Source of the DNA: Armatimonadota bacterium
GTDB lineage: Bacteria > Armatimonadota > UBA5829 > DTLH01
Length of the DNA: 64,000 bases
Direction of reading: 5' to 3'
Assembly: GCA_039679675.1 (NCBI GenBank)
Contig: JBDKUN010000062.1
Coordinates: 64,001 to 128,000, forward strand
The notes under the pieces are model-generated. The model ran no database searches. It was not told the DNA's origin and was given only the letters and a program-made list of their open reading frames with translations. The translations under genes were made by a program, and so were the position numbers. Shown one piece after another: positions 38,261 through 47,539 of the stretch. How positions within the stretch are numbered: position 1 is the stretch's first letter; the number at the start of each line of letters is the position of its first letter.

Positions 38261-40297
38261 TTAGTGTTTAGAAGCTTCGGATTCTACTAATGGCTTAATC
38301 GTCAGGTTGAAAAACTCCTCCACTTTATCAGGAGTAATTCCACCATGGATTTCGTCTCCTACCTGTACGTTCGGGCTCTGCATGCATTTCTCGAAGCAGA
38401 AAGTCGCCTTGAAATCGAGTTTGTCGGCGATTCCGGCCTTCTTTGAAAGCTCGATCAGCTGCTTCAGCGTGTCATAAGACCCACGGAGATAGCAGTTCGT
38501 GCCTATGCAGACGGATACCGGGATCTTCTCATCTGCCTGGATAGGCGTCAGCTCTACAGGCTCGCCGTCTATGCGGCGTCTTGCGCAGTAAGTCGTATGC
38601 AGAAGCTCATGCGCGATATGGCTGTTCGGTTTTCCGAGCAGCTTCTCGTAGCACTCTTTGACATAAGGGTTGTCCGCTGCATTATGGAGCGACTGGACTG
38701 CATCGCAGTCGTAGAGCATCTCTTTGCGGATCTCTCTTGCGGGCATATCGTTCGGAAGAGGCTGGCCGCCGCCGCCGATACATCCGCCACGGCAGGCCAT
38801 GACTTCAATGATGTCATAATAGGCCTCGCCGGACTTGATCTTCTCAAGAATTGTCCTTGCATTCGCAAGTCCGCTCACTACTGCAAGCTTCAGTTCCTTG
38901 TCGCCGAGCATGACGCTAGCTTCCTTGATTCCCTCAAGACCTCTTACTTCCTGGAACTGGAGATTCTGGCCATTGTTGCCTTCTCCTCCGGCTGCAAGCC
39001 TCAGCACTGCTTCAGCAACGCCGCCGCTTGCTCCGAAGATGACTCCTGCGCCTGTCTTGAACCCGAAAGGCAAGTCCATGGAACCAGGAGGAAGCTCCCT
39101 GAGCTGAAGTCCTGCCTGGCCGATCATCTTTATCAGTTCCTGGCTCGAAAGGACTACGTTCACGTCGGGATCGCCGTTCACGCTGAACTCGGGGCGCTTG
39201 GCCTCGAACTTCTTAGCTGTGCAGGGCATTACCGACACGACGAATATGTTCTCTCTCGAAACTTTAAGCTCTTCGGAGAGATGCTTCTTAACAAGTGTGC
39301 CGAACATCTGCTGCGGGCTCTTGCATGTAGAAAGGTTCGGGAGATATTCGGAGTAGAATTGCTCCGCGAACTTGACCCACCCAGGACAGCAGCTTGTGAA
39401 CTGCGGCAGTTTTTCGCCCTTGGCTACGCGGCCAAGGAACTCTGTTGCTTCTTCGACTGTCGTCAGGTCGGCTGTGTAGGATGTATCGTATACCTTGTCG
39501 AACCCCATGCGTCGGAGCGCGGTAATGGCTTTTGACATCGCCTGCTCACCGTGGCCAAGTCCGTATTCCATCGCAAGAGCTGCTCTTACAGCCGGTGCAA
39601 TCTGGACGATGACGGTCTTGTCCTTGTCATGGATCGCATTCCAGACTTCGTCTATCTGTGTCTTGACGGTGAGCGCGCCAGTAGGACAGATCGATGCGCA
39701 CTGTCCGCAGAAGACGCATTCGACCTTGTTCAACGGCTTCCCAAAGGCGGGGGTAACCCGTGCATTGCTGCCCCGGCCTGCGAAGTCCAGAACGCCTATG
39801 CCCTGGACCTCTTTGCACATTCTCACGCAGTCACCGCAGAGGATGCACTTGTTCGGATCCCGGACTATCGACTGGTTAGAGCTGTCTATCGGCAAGAGAT
39901 CGTCCGTATTTTCCTCGAACCTGACTTTCTTTACACCAAGCCTTTCGGCAAGTTCCTGCAGCCTGCAGTGAGTATTCTTGTCGCAGGTCTGGCAGTTGCC
40001 GTGGTGGTTGGCGAGCATCAGCTCAAGCGCCATCCGCCTGATCCGCATCGTGGTTTCGGTGTTAGTGTGAACAACCATTCCGTCCACGGGCGGAGTCGAA
40101 CAAGTCGGCTGTATGCCGCGTCCTTCGATCTCGGCTATGCACATTCTACATGCGCCGTAGACCGACAGCTCTGAATGGTAACAGAATGTCGGCAGATCGA
40201 CTCCCGACGCCCGTATTACCTCAAGCAGGTTTTTCCTGCCATCTATCGGGGTCTTTACCCCGTCAACTATCACGTATCCTTCGTTTTGTTTGTCCAT
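38261..40297 (-). CDS. hydA: Electron-bifurcating [FeFe]-hydrogenase catalytic subunit
   Basis: FTSCCPGW, MPCTAKKFE, EVMACRGGCIGGGGQP, N-terminal FeS clusters, C-terminal Trx-like 2Fe-2S domain; start MDKQ at 40297. Confidence 0.95.
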   Translation of the reverse strand: MDKQNEGYVIVDGVKTPIDGRKNLLEVIRASGVDLPTFCYHSELSVYGACRMCIAEIEGRGIQPTCSTPPVDGMVVHTNTETTMRIRRMALELMLANHHGNCQTCDKNTHCRLQELAERLGVKKVRFEENTDDLLPIDSSNQSIVRDPNKCILCGDCVRMCKEVQGIGVLDFAGRGSNARVTPAFGKPLNKVECVFCGQCASICPTGALTVKTQIDEVWNAIHDKDKTVIVQIAPAVRAALAMEYGLGHGEQAMSKAITALRRMGFDKVYDTSYTADLTTVEEATEFLGRVAKGEKLPQFTSCCPGWVKFAEQFYSEYLPNLSTCKSPQQMFGTLVKKHLSEELKVSRENIFVVSVMPCTAKKFEAKRPEFSVNGDPDVNVVLSSQELIKMIGQAGLQLRELPPGSMDLPFGFKTGAGVIFGASGGVAEAVLRLAAGGEGNNGQNLQFQEVRGLEGIKEASVMLGDKELKLAVVSGLANARTILEKIKSGEAYYDIIEVMACRGGCIGGGGQPLPNDMPAREIRKEMLYDCDAVQSLHNAADNPYVKECYEKLLGKPNSHIAHELLHTTYCARRRIDGEPVELTPIQADEKIPVSVCIGTNCYLRGSYDTLKQLIELSKKAGIADKLDFKATFCFEKCMQSPNVQVGDEIHGGITPDKVEEFFNLTIKPLVESEASKH

Positions 40298-40299
40298 CT

Positions 40300-42192
40300 C
40301 TATAGCTCCACTGCTCCAAGGCGGCAAACATCGTGGCATACACCGCACTTTATACACTTCTCAGGGTCAATCGTGTGAGGCTGCCTGAGCTCTCCGCTGA
40401 TTGCTCCAACCGGACACTTCTTGGCGCACAGGCCGCAGCCTTTGCACTTTTCCGGATTGATCTTATATGTCTTGAATGCCTGGCACTCTCCTGCCGGACA
40501 CTTGCCGTCAACTACGTGGGCAATGTACTCGTCGCGGAAGTGTCTGAGCGTCGAAAGTACCGGGTTTGGTGCAGTCTTGCCCAGTCCGCAGAGCGATCCG
40601 TCTCTGACCGCTGTAGCTACCTCTTCGAGAAGATCGATATCTTCGAGTTTCGCGCGGCCTTCCACGATTTTGGTCAGGATTTCGAGCATCCTTTTCGTTC
40701 CTTCACGGCAGAGAACGCACTTTCCGCAGGATTCCTTCTGGGTGAACTGCATAAAGAACCTTGCGAACTCCACCATACAGGTGTCTTCGTCCGTTACAAC
40801 GAGTCCGCCGGACCCTACCATCGCTCCGACTGCCTTAAGTGAATCGTAGTCGAGCGGAAGGTCAAGGTGCTCTTTGGTCAGACATCCGCCTGAAGGCCCA
40901 CCAATCTGAACAGCCTTGAAATCTCTGCCGGTCCTGAGTCCGCCGCCGATCTTGAATACGACATCACCAAGGGTCGTGCCCATCGGGACCTCGATAAGAC
41001 CCGTGTTCTTCACTGCGCCGGTGATAGCGAATACCTTTGTTCCAGGTGACTTCTCTACGCCGAACCCGCGGAACCACTGAGCGCCGTTCAGGATGATCTT
41101 CGGCACGTTTGCAAACGTCTCGACGTTATTCACGACGGTCGGCTTACCCCAGAGTCCTGAGTTTGCAGGGAATGGCGGTTTAGGCCTGGGCATACCTCTC
41201 TGGCCTTCGATTGAAGCGATCAGCGCGGTCTCTTCACCGCATACGAACGCTCCGGCACCTTCCTTGATGTGAATATTGAATGAGAACGGCCCGCCCAGGA
41301 TGTTGTTTCCGAGCAGATTAGCTGCCTCAGCCTGAGCTATAGCGGTTTTGAGCCGCTTGATTGCAAGCGGATACTCGGCTCTTACGTAAATATAACCCTC
41401 ATCCGCGCCGATTGCATAACCTGCGATGATCATGCCTTCGAGCAGTGCGTGAGGATTGCCTTCCATAACGCTTTCATCCATGAACGCGCCGGGGTCGCCC
41501 TCGTCAGCGTTGCATACAATGTATTTCTTTGCGTTTTGCGCTTTTCGGGTGAATCCCCATTTGACTCCGGTCGGGAATCCGCCGCCGCCTCTACCACGCA
41601 GGCCGGACTCTGTGATCTCAGCTATGACCGCGTCGGATGTAAGGCCGAAAAGTGCTTCGGCAGCAGCGCGGTAGCCGTCTTTTGCTATGTAATCTCTGAT
41701 GTCTTCCGGCTCGATGATCCCGCATTCGGCCAGGACTACATTCACCTGGTTCCTGTAGAACGGAATATCGTTCCGTTTGGCAAAGATTTCACCGGTCGCT
41801 TCTTCTGTGTAAAGGAGTCTTGTGACCAGTTCGCCGTTCTTTACGGTTTTTTCGACTATCTCAGCCACATCTTCGGGAGATACTCTGATATAGAAGGTAT
41901 CGGATGGGAGAATTCTTACAATCGGGCCGACCTGGCAGAATCCGGGACAGCCGCTGTAACCGAGCCGCACAGCGTCTTCCTTGCTCTCATCCAAAAGATC
42001 GACTTTGATCTTTACTCCCTGCTTTTCCATCTCTTTCTGGAATGCTTCATAGACCGCGGGAGCGCCGTTTGCCATACACCCGGTCCCGCCGCAGACCAGC
42101 ACGCGGGTGCAGCCGTTCTCGATGGCTGCCAGGGCCTTTTGCTTAAGCTCTGCAAGCTCCTGAGGAGACTTGATGTTAGTTACAGGTGTCAT
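40300..42192 (-). CDS. hydB: Bifurcating hydrogenase NADH/FMN subunit (NuoF-like)
   Basis: GRGGGGFPTG, NADEGDPG, CGEETAL, ESCGKCxxCREG, C-terminal 2x4Fe-4S. Confidence 0.95.
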   Translation of the reverse strand: MTPVTNIKSPQELAELKQKALAAIENGCTRVLVCGGTGCMANGAPAVYEAFQKEMEKQGVKIKVDLLDESKEDAVRLGYSGCPGFCQVGPIVRILPSDTFYIRVSPEDVAEIVEKTVKNGELVTRLLYTEEATGEIFAKRNDIPFYRNQVNVVLAECGIIEPEDIRDYIAKDGYRAAAEALFGLTSDAVIAEITESGLRGRGGGGFPTGVKWGFTRKAQNAKKYIVCNADEGDPGAFMDESVMEGNPHALLEGMIIAGYAIGADEGYIYVRAEYPLAIKRLKTAIAQAEAANLLGNNILGGPFSFNIHIKEGAGAFVCGEETALIASIEGQRGMPRPKPPFPANSGLWGKPTVVNNVETFANVPKIILNGAQWFRGFGVEKSPGTKVFAITGAVKNTGLIEVPMGTTLGDVVFKIGGGLRTGRDFKAVQIGGPSGGCLTKEHLDLPLDYDSLKAVGAMVGSGGLVVTDEDTCMVEFARFFMQFTQKESCGKCVLCREGTKRMLEILTKIVEGRAKLEDIDLLEEVATAVRDGSLCGLGKTAPNPVLSTLRHFRDEYIAHVVDGKCPAGECQAFKTYKINPEKCKGCGLCAKKCPVGAISGELRQPHTIDPEKCIKCGVCHDVCRLGAVEL

Positions 42193-42194
42193 CT

Positions 42195-42716
42195 TTATGC
42201 CTCCTCCTTCTCGGCGGCTTCGAGTTCATCAATCGCTTTGGTGACCTTGTCTGCCGTCATCTGTCCGTGGACCTTGCCGTTGACGACGACCGCAGGCGCA
42301 AGAGCGCAGGCGCCGATACAGCTCACTATGTCGAGCGTGTAGCGCATGTCTTTGGTCGTCTTCTCGCCGTCTTTCAGACCGAGTTTCTGTCTGATGGCTT
42401 TGATGACTGCGGTATTTTTCCGGACATGGCATGCTGTGCCGTCGCATGCTTTGATAATGAACTTGCCTTTGGGCTCCAAGGAGAACTGTGCGTAGAAGGT
42501 TGCGACTCCATAAACCGTCGCGGGCGGCAGATTTAGTGCTGTCGCTACGAAGGTCAGAATCTCCTCTGGAAGGTATCTATATTCTTCCTGCACTTTTTGC
42601 AGGATCGGTATGAGAGCGCTTTCGGTTGCCCCATACTCTTGTATGATTGCCTGGATTCGCTCAAATTGCCTTCGAGCGGTTGATCCGGCATCGGCTGCTG
42701 TTGTCGACTGTGACAA
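42195..42716 (-). CDS. hydC: Bifurcating hydrogenase 2Fe-2S subunit (NuoE-like)
   Basis: CDGTACH ... CIGAC; SD GGAGG favours TTG at 42716 (ORF track 42737). Confidence 0.93.
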   Translation of the reverse strand: MSQSTTAADAGSTARRQFERIQAIIQEYGATESALIPILQKVQEEYRYLPEEILTFVATALNLPPATVYGVATFYAQFSLEPKGKFIIKACDGTACHVRKNTAVIKAIRQKLGLKDGEKTTKDMRYTLDIVSCIGACALAPAVVVNGKVHGQMTADKVTKAIDELEAAEKEEA

Positions 42717-42853
42717 TTGCAAGAACCTCCGTTTCACGATTGTTGGTGTGGGTGTTGGTGCTAGTCGTGTGAAACCTGCGGGCCGGCTATCTCCCGCGGT
42801 ACCAACACCAAACCCGCGCTATAACGCGGATACACCCGTCACCTAACATTTGA

Positions 42854-43501
42854 TTACATCGCTAATTTCATGCGATAAGAAAGTGTTATCAAACCCCAGG
42901 CCAGGGATTGGTTTTCAACCACTATATTTTCAGGTGCCGAAATTTTAATGGGTGCGAAGTTCCAGATAGAGCGGACCCCTGCATTTACCAGATGGTTCGC
43001 TGTATCTTGAGCTGCGCTTGCCGGGACCGTTATAATCCCGGTCTCGATCTCTTCGGATTTAATTACTCCGAATATTTCGTTGATACTTTTTACCTGTACG
43101 TCTTCCAGAGCTTCGAGCCCTATGACATTCGGGTCACGGTCGAATACGGCTGCAAGCCTGAATCCAGCCTTGCTCCAGATATTGCTTCCCGCGAGGGCGC
43201 GGCCCAGGTTGCCGAACCCGACGAGACAGGCGGATTTTGCGCGGTCCATATCGAAAGCGTTACGTATGAGCTGCGCCAGGTCCGAAACGTCATAACCGAC
43301 TCTCGGCTTACCGTCTGTTCCGAGCCCGAACAAGTCTTGTCTGATTTTAACTGGAGCGAGCCCGGCATATTCCCCGATTTCAGCACTGGTGACGTGCGTG
43401 CGGCCCTCTTTCTGCATCTGCTCGAGTACTTCCAGATACAACTCCAGCCTTACGACTGAGGCTCTTGAAAGCTTTTTCAAGTTACTCATTCCACAATCCA
43501 C
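42854..43501 (-). CDS. rex: Redox-sensing transcriptional repressor Rex
   Basis: RLELY, IRQDL, GY, VGFGNLGRAL, IWNFAP. Confidence 0.93.
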   Translation of the reverse strand: MDCGMSNLKKLSRASVVRLELYLEVLEQMQKEGRTHVTSAEIGEYAGLAPVKIRQDLFGLGTDGKPRVGYDVSDLAQLIRNAFDMDRAKSACLVGFGNLGRALAGSNIWSKAGFRLAAVFDRDPNVIGLEALEDVQVKSINEIFGVIKSEEIETGIITVPASAAQDTANHLVNAGVRSIWNFAPIKISAPENIVVENQSLAWGLITLSYRMKLAM

Positions 43502-43510
43502 CAGTGTTTA

Positions 43511-43528
43511 TCGTTAAGTATTTAACGA
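43511..43528. promoter_or_regulatory. Rex operator, site 1
   Basis: Palindrome TCGTTAA-GTAT-TTAACGA, like clostridial TTGTTAA-N4-TTAACAA, at the predicted transcription start. Confidence 0.7.
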
Positions 43529-43532
43529 TTAT

Positions 43533-43561
43533 ATTGTACCCTGCCGTCTGCTACATGTCAA
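43533..43561 (-). promoter_or_regulatory. Sigma70 promoter of the rex-hyd operon
   Basis: Minus strand TTGACA-N17-TACAAT. Confidence 0.75.
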
Positions 43562-43577
43562 GGTAATTACGGAGTAA

Positions 43578-43595
43578 TTGTGAAATATTTCACCG
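43578..43595. promoter_or_regulatory. Rex operator, site 2
   Basis: TTGTGAA-ATAT-TTCACCG versus consensus TTGTGAA-N4-TTCACAA. Confidence 0.7.
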
Positions 43596-43626
43596 GAAGG
43601 GGGATTGGTAGAGAATCGCAAGTCAG

Positions 43627-43990
43627 GTTTCGGGACAAGGGTGTCCCGAAACAACGAATTATTACTCGACACCTGCGGTATCGGCTTCGGCAGCAAGCAG
43701 TCCGAAGCAACTAATAACGTCATGCTGAACTAAGGAGTTTCAGGTAATACCTGAAACTCCTTAGTTCAGCATCCAGGAAAGCTTCCCAAATTGGTGGAGA
43801 GTCGTGCTTTTACACTGCGGAAATGGCAGATTCAGGATAATTGTGCAATATGCGCAGAATCAATTCCCGCAGCAACGGAAAAATTGGTGGAAGTTCGTGC
43901 TTCTCCCCGTGGTCCGGTAGGTCCACGGGGAGAAGCACGAACTGCGGTCCCGAAGCATACGTATCTCCACCTTCCGCGTCTCCGCGGTTC
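43627..43990. repeat. Mosaic palindromic repeat island C
   Basis: Contains modules of islands A, D and E plus the GIY-YIG-flank hairpin with a nested insert. Confidence 0.9.
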
Positions 43991-43999
43991 GGTAGTTGC

Positions 44000-44845
44000 C
44001 TACATCTTTACGGCTACAAAGAGCAGGATGAACACCCCAAGCGCAAGGCGGTACCAAACGAAGACGTTTACGCTGTGTTTTCTTAAATATCCAAGCAGAA
44101 ATCTGATAGTTATGTAGCCGACTACAGCGGAACTGACCACACCGGCAATAAAAGCTGTAACCTCATTATGAGGAATTCCGCCATGCATTATATCCTTGGC
44201 ATGGGTTAGCGCGGCAGCCAGTATGATAGGCGTGGAAAGCAAAAACGAGAACCGTGCGGCTGAGTCTCTGTCCATCCCACGGGCCAGTCCTGCGCTGATA
44301 GTTGCGCCTGACCGTGACACCCCCGGCACAAGCGCTGCCGCCTGAGCAAACCCGATGGCTACCCAGTCCATAAAGCACATTTGAGCCAGTTTCTTTTTCT
44401 TCTTGCTGCCGTATTTGTCGCATGCATACATAATAATACCGACTACGATCAGCATCGAGGCTACAACCAGCATAACCTGTGTGTCCAGACTTTTGGTCTG
44501 TTCTATTCTGTCGATTGTGTCGTTGAGCAGGAGTCCAAATATTCCCGCCGGGACACAGCCGATCACTATACCCCAGAACAGGTTTCTTCCGAAGCGAGGG
44601 CTTGCCGCATGTGGTTTCCTTAATGCGGTGTTTACTACCGGGCGCAGCACGTCTATCCAATCCCGCCAGAAGTAGCTTATCACAGCCAGAAGCGTGCCGA
44701 AGTGAAGAGCCACATCGAATGTAATACCGGCATCGCTCCATCCAAACAATCTCGGAATGAGCCGCAGGTGTCCTGTGCTGCTGATAGGCAGAAATTCCGT
44801 TGCACCCTGGACTATTCCGAGGATAATGGCGTGAAGAACAGACAA
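44000..44845 (-). CDS. uppP: Undecaprenyl-diphosphatase
   Basis: QGATEFLPISSTGH, PGVSRSG, AARFSFLL. Confidence 0.95.
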   Translation of the reverse strand: MSVLHAIILGIVQGATEFLPISSTGHLRLIPRLFGWSDAGITFDVALHFGTLLAVISYFWRDWIDVLRPVVNTALRKPHAASPRFGRNLFWGIVIGCVPAGIFGLLLNDTIDRIEQTKSLDTQVMLVVASMLIVVGIIMYACDKYGSKKKKKLAQMCFMDWVAIGFAQAAALVPGVSRSGATISAGLARGMDRDSAARFSFLLSTPIILAAALTHAKDIMHGGIPHNEVTAFIAGVVSSAVVGYITIRFLLGYLRKHSVNVFVWYRLALGVFILLFVAVKM

Positions 44846-44846
44846 A

Positions 44847-45980
44847 TTACATACTCTCCGATCTGATTGTGCTTGAAGTCATGGTGTCGTCTGCTGCCAA
44901 TTGCGCTAGGTGCCTTTGGCGGCGGGGTTTTACCACGTAGAGATAAACCAGTTCTCGGATTATTGCTGCGACCGGGGCTGCAAGGAACATTCCGAGTATT
45001 CCGAAGAACTCCGATCCGATCAAAAGGGCTATAAGGATTATCGCGGGATGGAGCTTCATCCTGTCACCGATCAGAATCGGCATTATGAACTTGCTTTCTA
45101 CGAAATGCATGATTATGACGAAGATCAGAAGCGAAACGCCGAGTTCCATAGATTGCAGCGCTCCGAGGATGCATATGGGTATCCCTGATGCCACCGGGCC
45201 GATGACCGGGATCGCTCTAGTTACTCCGGCGAAGACAGCGAGCACCAAAGCATACTTCATTCCGATGAGATTAAGCACTATTCCCGTAGCGACACCTGCA
45301 ATGATGCACAATATTAGCTGTCCTACAACGTAACTCTGCAGGATCATGCCCGTGTCCCGCGTGATTTTCATAAATTCCCGCACGCGCCACTGCGGAACCA
45401 GCCCGATAAACTCGCGTTTCAGAGACCTGCTGTCCAGCACGAAATAAAACGCCAAAACCGGGATCAGGATAAGCTCGAAAATGTTCTTCAGCCATTCCGC
45501 TGTGCTTTGCATAACCCGCTTCGTCGAAGCAGCGATTCCCGAACCAAGGCCCTTGAAGTCCTGATTTCCGAGGAACCTCCGCATGTCCTCCGGTACGTGC
45601 TTATCGTACCAATCCGAAATCTGCTGATATTTTGTCCCGGCTTGCTCTGAGTAGATCTCAAGCTGGCTGGTGAAGGTATCCATCTCGTTTCGGAACGGGG
45701 TTATAAAGAGCGTTATGGAGGCGCCGACTATGGCGAAGAACAGAATAAAGACAATTATGGAAGCGACGAGCCGCCGCGTGCGTTTATTGATCGAAAGAAA
45801 CTTCCGTGAGGAGAGAAGATCGACAGCAGGCATCAGCACGTAGGCAAGCATCGCCGAGAGGATGACGGTAATGAGGACACTCCGAACTTTCCAGACGACC
45901 CAGACAAGGGCCACGGTCAAAACGATCCTTACAAGCAAGCTCCAGATTACGTTCAGCGTAGATTCTGTTCTTGTTCTCAT
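44847..45980 (-). CDS. AI-2E/PerM-family transporter
   Basis: Multiple TM, YVVGQL, IPVIGP, LHP, GMFLAAPVAA. Confidence 0.88.
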   Translation of the reverse strand: MRTRTESTLNVIWSLLVRIVLTVALVWVVWKVRSVLITVILSAMLAYVLMPAVDLLSSRKFLSINKRTRRLVASIIVFILFFAIVGASITLFITPFRNEMDTFTSQLEIYSEQAGTKYQQISDWYDKHVPEDMRRFLGNQDFKGLGSGIAASTKRVMQSTAEWLKNIFELILIPVLAFYFVLDSRSLKREFIGLVPQWRVREFMKITRDTGMILQSYVVGQLILCIIAGVATGIVLNLIGMKYALVLAVFAGVTRAIPVIGPVASGIPICILGALQSMELGVSLLIFVIIMHFVESKFIMPILIGDRMKLHPAIILIALLIGSEFFGILGMFLAAPVAAIIRELVYLYVVKPRRQRHLAQLAADDTMTSSTIRSESM

Positions 45981-47113
45981 TAATTCCTTCCAAAATGCCT
46001 GAAAACGGCGTCTTTTATATGTTCGGATGCATGGCCGTCGCCGTAGGGACTGGCCACCTTAGCCATTCTATCATATTCCGCCCTGTCTTCAAGCAGTTTG
46101 TTTGCCTCTGTTACGACTTTATTGAAATCAGTGCCGACGAGCTTCGCGCTTCCAGCCTGTACGCCTTCTGGCCGCTCGGTTGTCTCTCTCAACACCAGAA
46201 CGGGTTTTCCGAGTGCAGGCCCTTCTTCCTGAACACCGCCCGAATCTGTCAGGATCAGATATGCGGATTTCATCAGGTGGACGAACGGAACGTAATCCGG
46301 CGGCTCTACCAGGTGAATGCGTTCGACATCTTTCAGCTCAGGCACGACAACTTCGCGGACAATCGGGTTTTTATGAAGCGAAAAGACGACCGATGTGTCT
46401 GGATGCTGCCGCACTATCTCTCTTACTGCGCGGCAAATCTCTCTCATCGGTTCTCCCCAATTCTCACGGCGGTGGGAGGTGACGAGTATCATCTGGCTGC
46501 CGTTACCTGTTGCACGGGCCAGTTCTACGTCTTCAAATGTATGGGGTTTCGATGCTATGTGAAGGAGCGCATCGATGACCGTGTTGCCGGTCACGAAAAT
46601 CATATCAGCCGGGACTCCCTGAGCAAGCAGGTTGTCTTTTGCCTGGGCAGTCGGAGCGAAATGCAAGTCAGCAAGCACTCCGGTCAGCCTGCGGTTCATC
46701 TCTTCGGGGAAAGGATTGAACTTGTTATCGGTACGGAGCCCCGCTTCGACGTGCCCGAATGCGGTCTTATGATAAAACGCGGCAAGACTTGCTACAAAAG
46801 TGGTAGTTGTATCACCTTGGGCGAGGATTATATCCGGCTGGACTTCTTCAATCACAGGGTCGAGCCCTTCGAGCGCTCGGCAAGTCATCCCCGAAAGCGA
46901 TTGCCTGGCCTGCATGATGGCGAGATCGTAGTCCGGCTTTATTTGAAAGACGGACAATACCTGATCGAGCATTTCCCTGTGCTGTCCCGTAACAGCGACA
47001 GACAGCTCAACATCTTTTGTGTATTTGGCAAATTCCAGCACTACCGGCGCCATTTTTATGGCATCCGGCCTTGTGCCGAAGACAGTGAGTACTTTTAGCT
47101 TGCGATCAGCCAT
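45980..47113 (-). CDS. wecB: UDP-N-acetylglucosamine 2-epimerase
   Basis: FGTRP, TGQHREML, QGDT, HVEAGLR, TDSGGVQEE, PYGDG. Confidence 0.96.
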   Translation of the reverse strand: MADRKLKVLTVFGTRPDAIKMAPVVLEFAKYTKDVELSVAVTGQHREMLDQVLSVFQIKPDYDLAIMQARQSLSGMTCRALEGLDPVIEEVQPDIILAQGDTTTTFVASLAAFYHKTAFGHVEAGLRTDNKFNPFPEEMNRRLTGVLADLHFAPTAQAKDNLLAQGVPADMIFVTGNTVIDALLHIASKPHTFEDVELARATGNGSQMILVTSHRRENWGEPMREICRAVREIVRQHPDTSVVFSLHKNPIVREVVVPELKDVERIHLVEPPDYVPFVHLMKSAYLILTDSGGVQEEGPALGKPVLVLRETTERPEGVQAGSAKLVGTDFNKVVTEANKLLEDRAEYDRMAKVASPYGDGHASEHIKDAVFRHFGRN

Positions 47114-47131
47114 CCAAAATCTACCTTTTTT

Positions 47132-47519
47132 GAACCGCGGAGACGCGGAATGATGAGAAAACGCGGAAAGTGGAGATTTTTTCTTATGCTTCAGGACCGC
47201 AGTTCGTCCAACCCCGTGGACCTACCGGACCACGGGGAGAAGCACAATCTTCCACCAATTTGAGAAGCTTTCCTGGATGCTGAATCAAGTTCAGCATGAC
47301 GTTTTCCCTTTGCTTCGGACTGCTTGCTCTCGCATCATCTACGATGATGCTGCCGCGACAGCGTTTTCGAAGAAAGCGCGATAGCTGCCGAAGCGTCCGC
47401 CGTAGGCGGACTTTACCATATACTTGTATGCTTTTCGTCCCGAAGTAGAGTCTCCTCTAGCTTCCATGCTGTAGGAATTGATTCTGCGCATATTGCACAA
47501 TTATCCTAAATCTGCCATT
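47132..47519. repeat. Mosaic palindromic repeat island D
   Basis: Largely an inverted, reshuffled counterpart of island C; includes an exact 38-bp reverse complement of 23772..23809. Confidence 0.9.
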
Positions 47520-47539
47520 CCAGTTTCAAAACCCTACAG

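Noticed and set aside
45971..47098. Long antisense ORFs (also 28154..29140, 38597..39535, 41449..42342, 49587..50510, 24199..25017)
   Set aside because: Shadow frames opposite well-supported genes, expected from codon bias; no motifs
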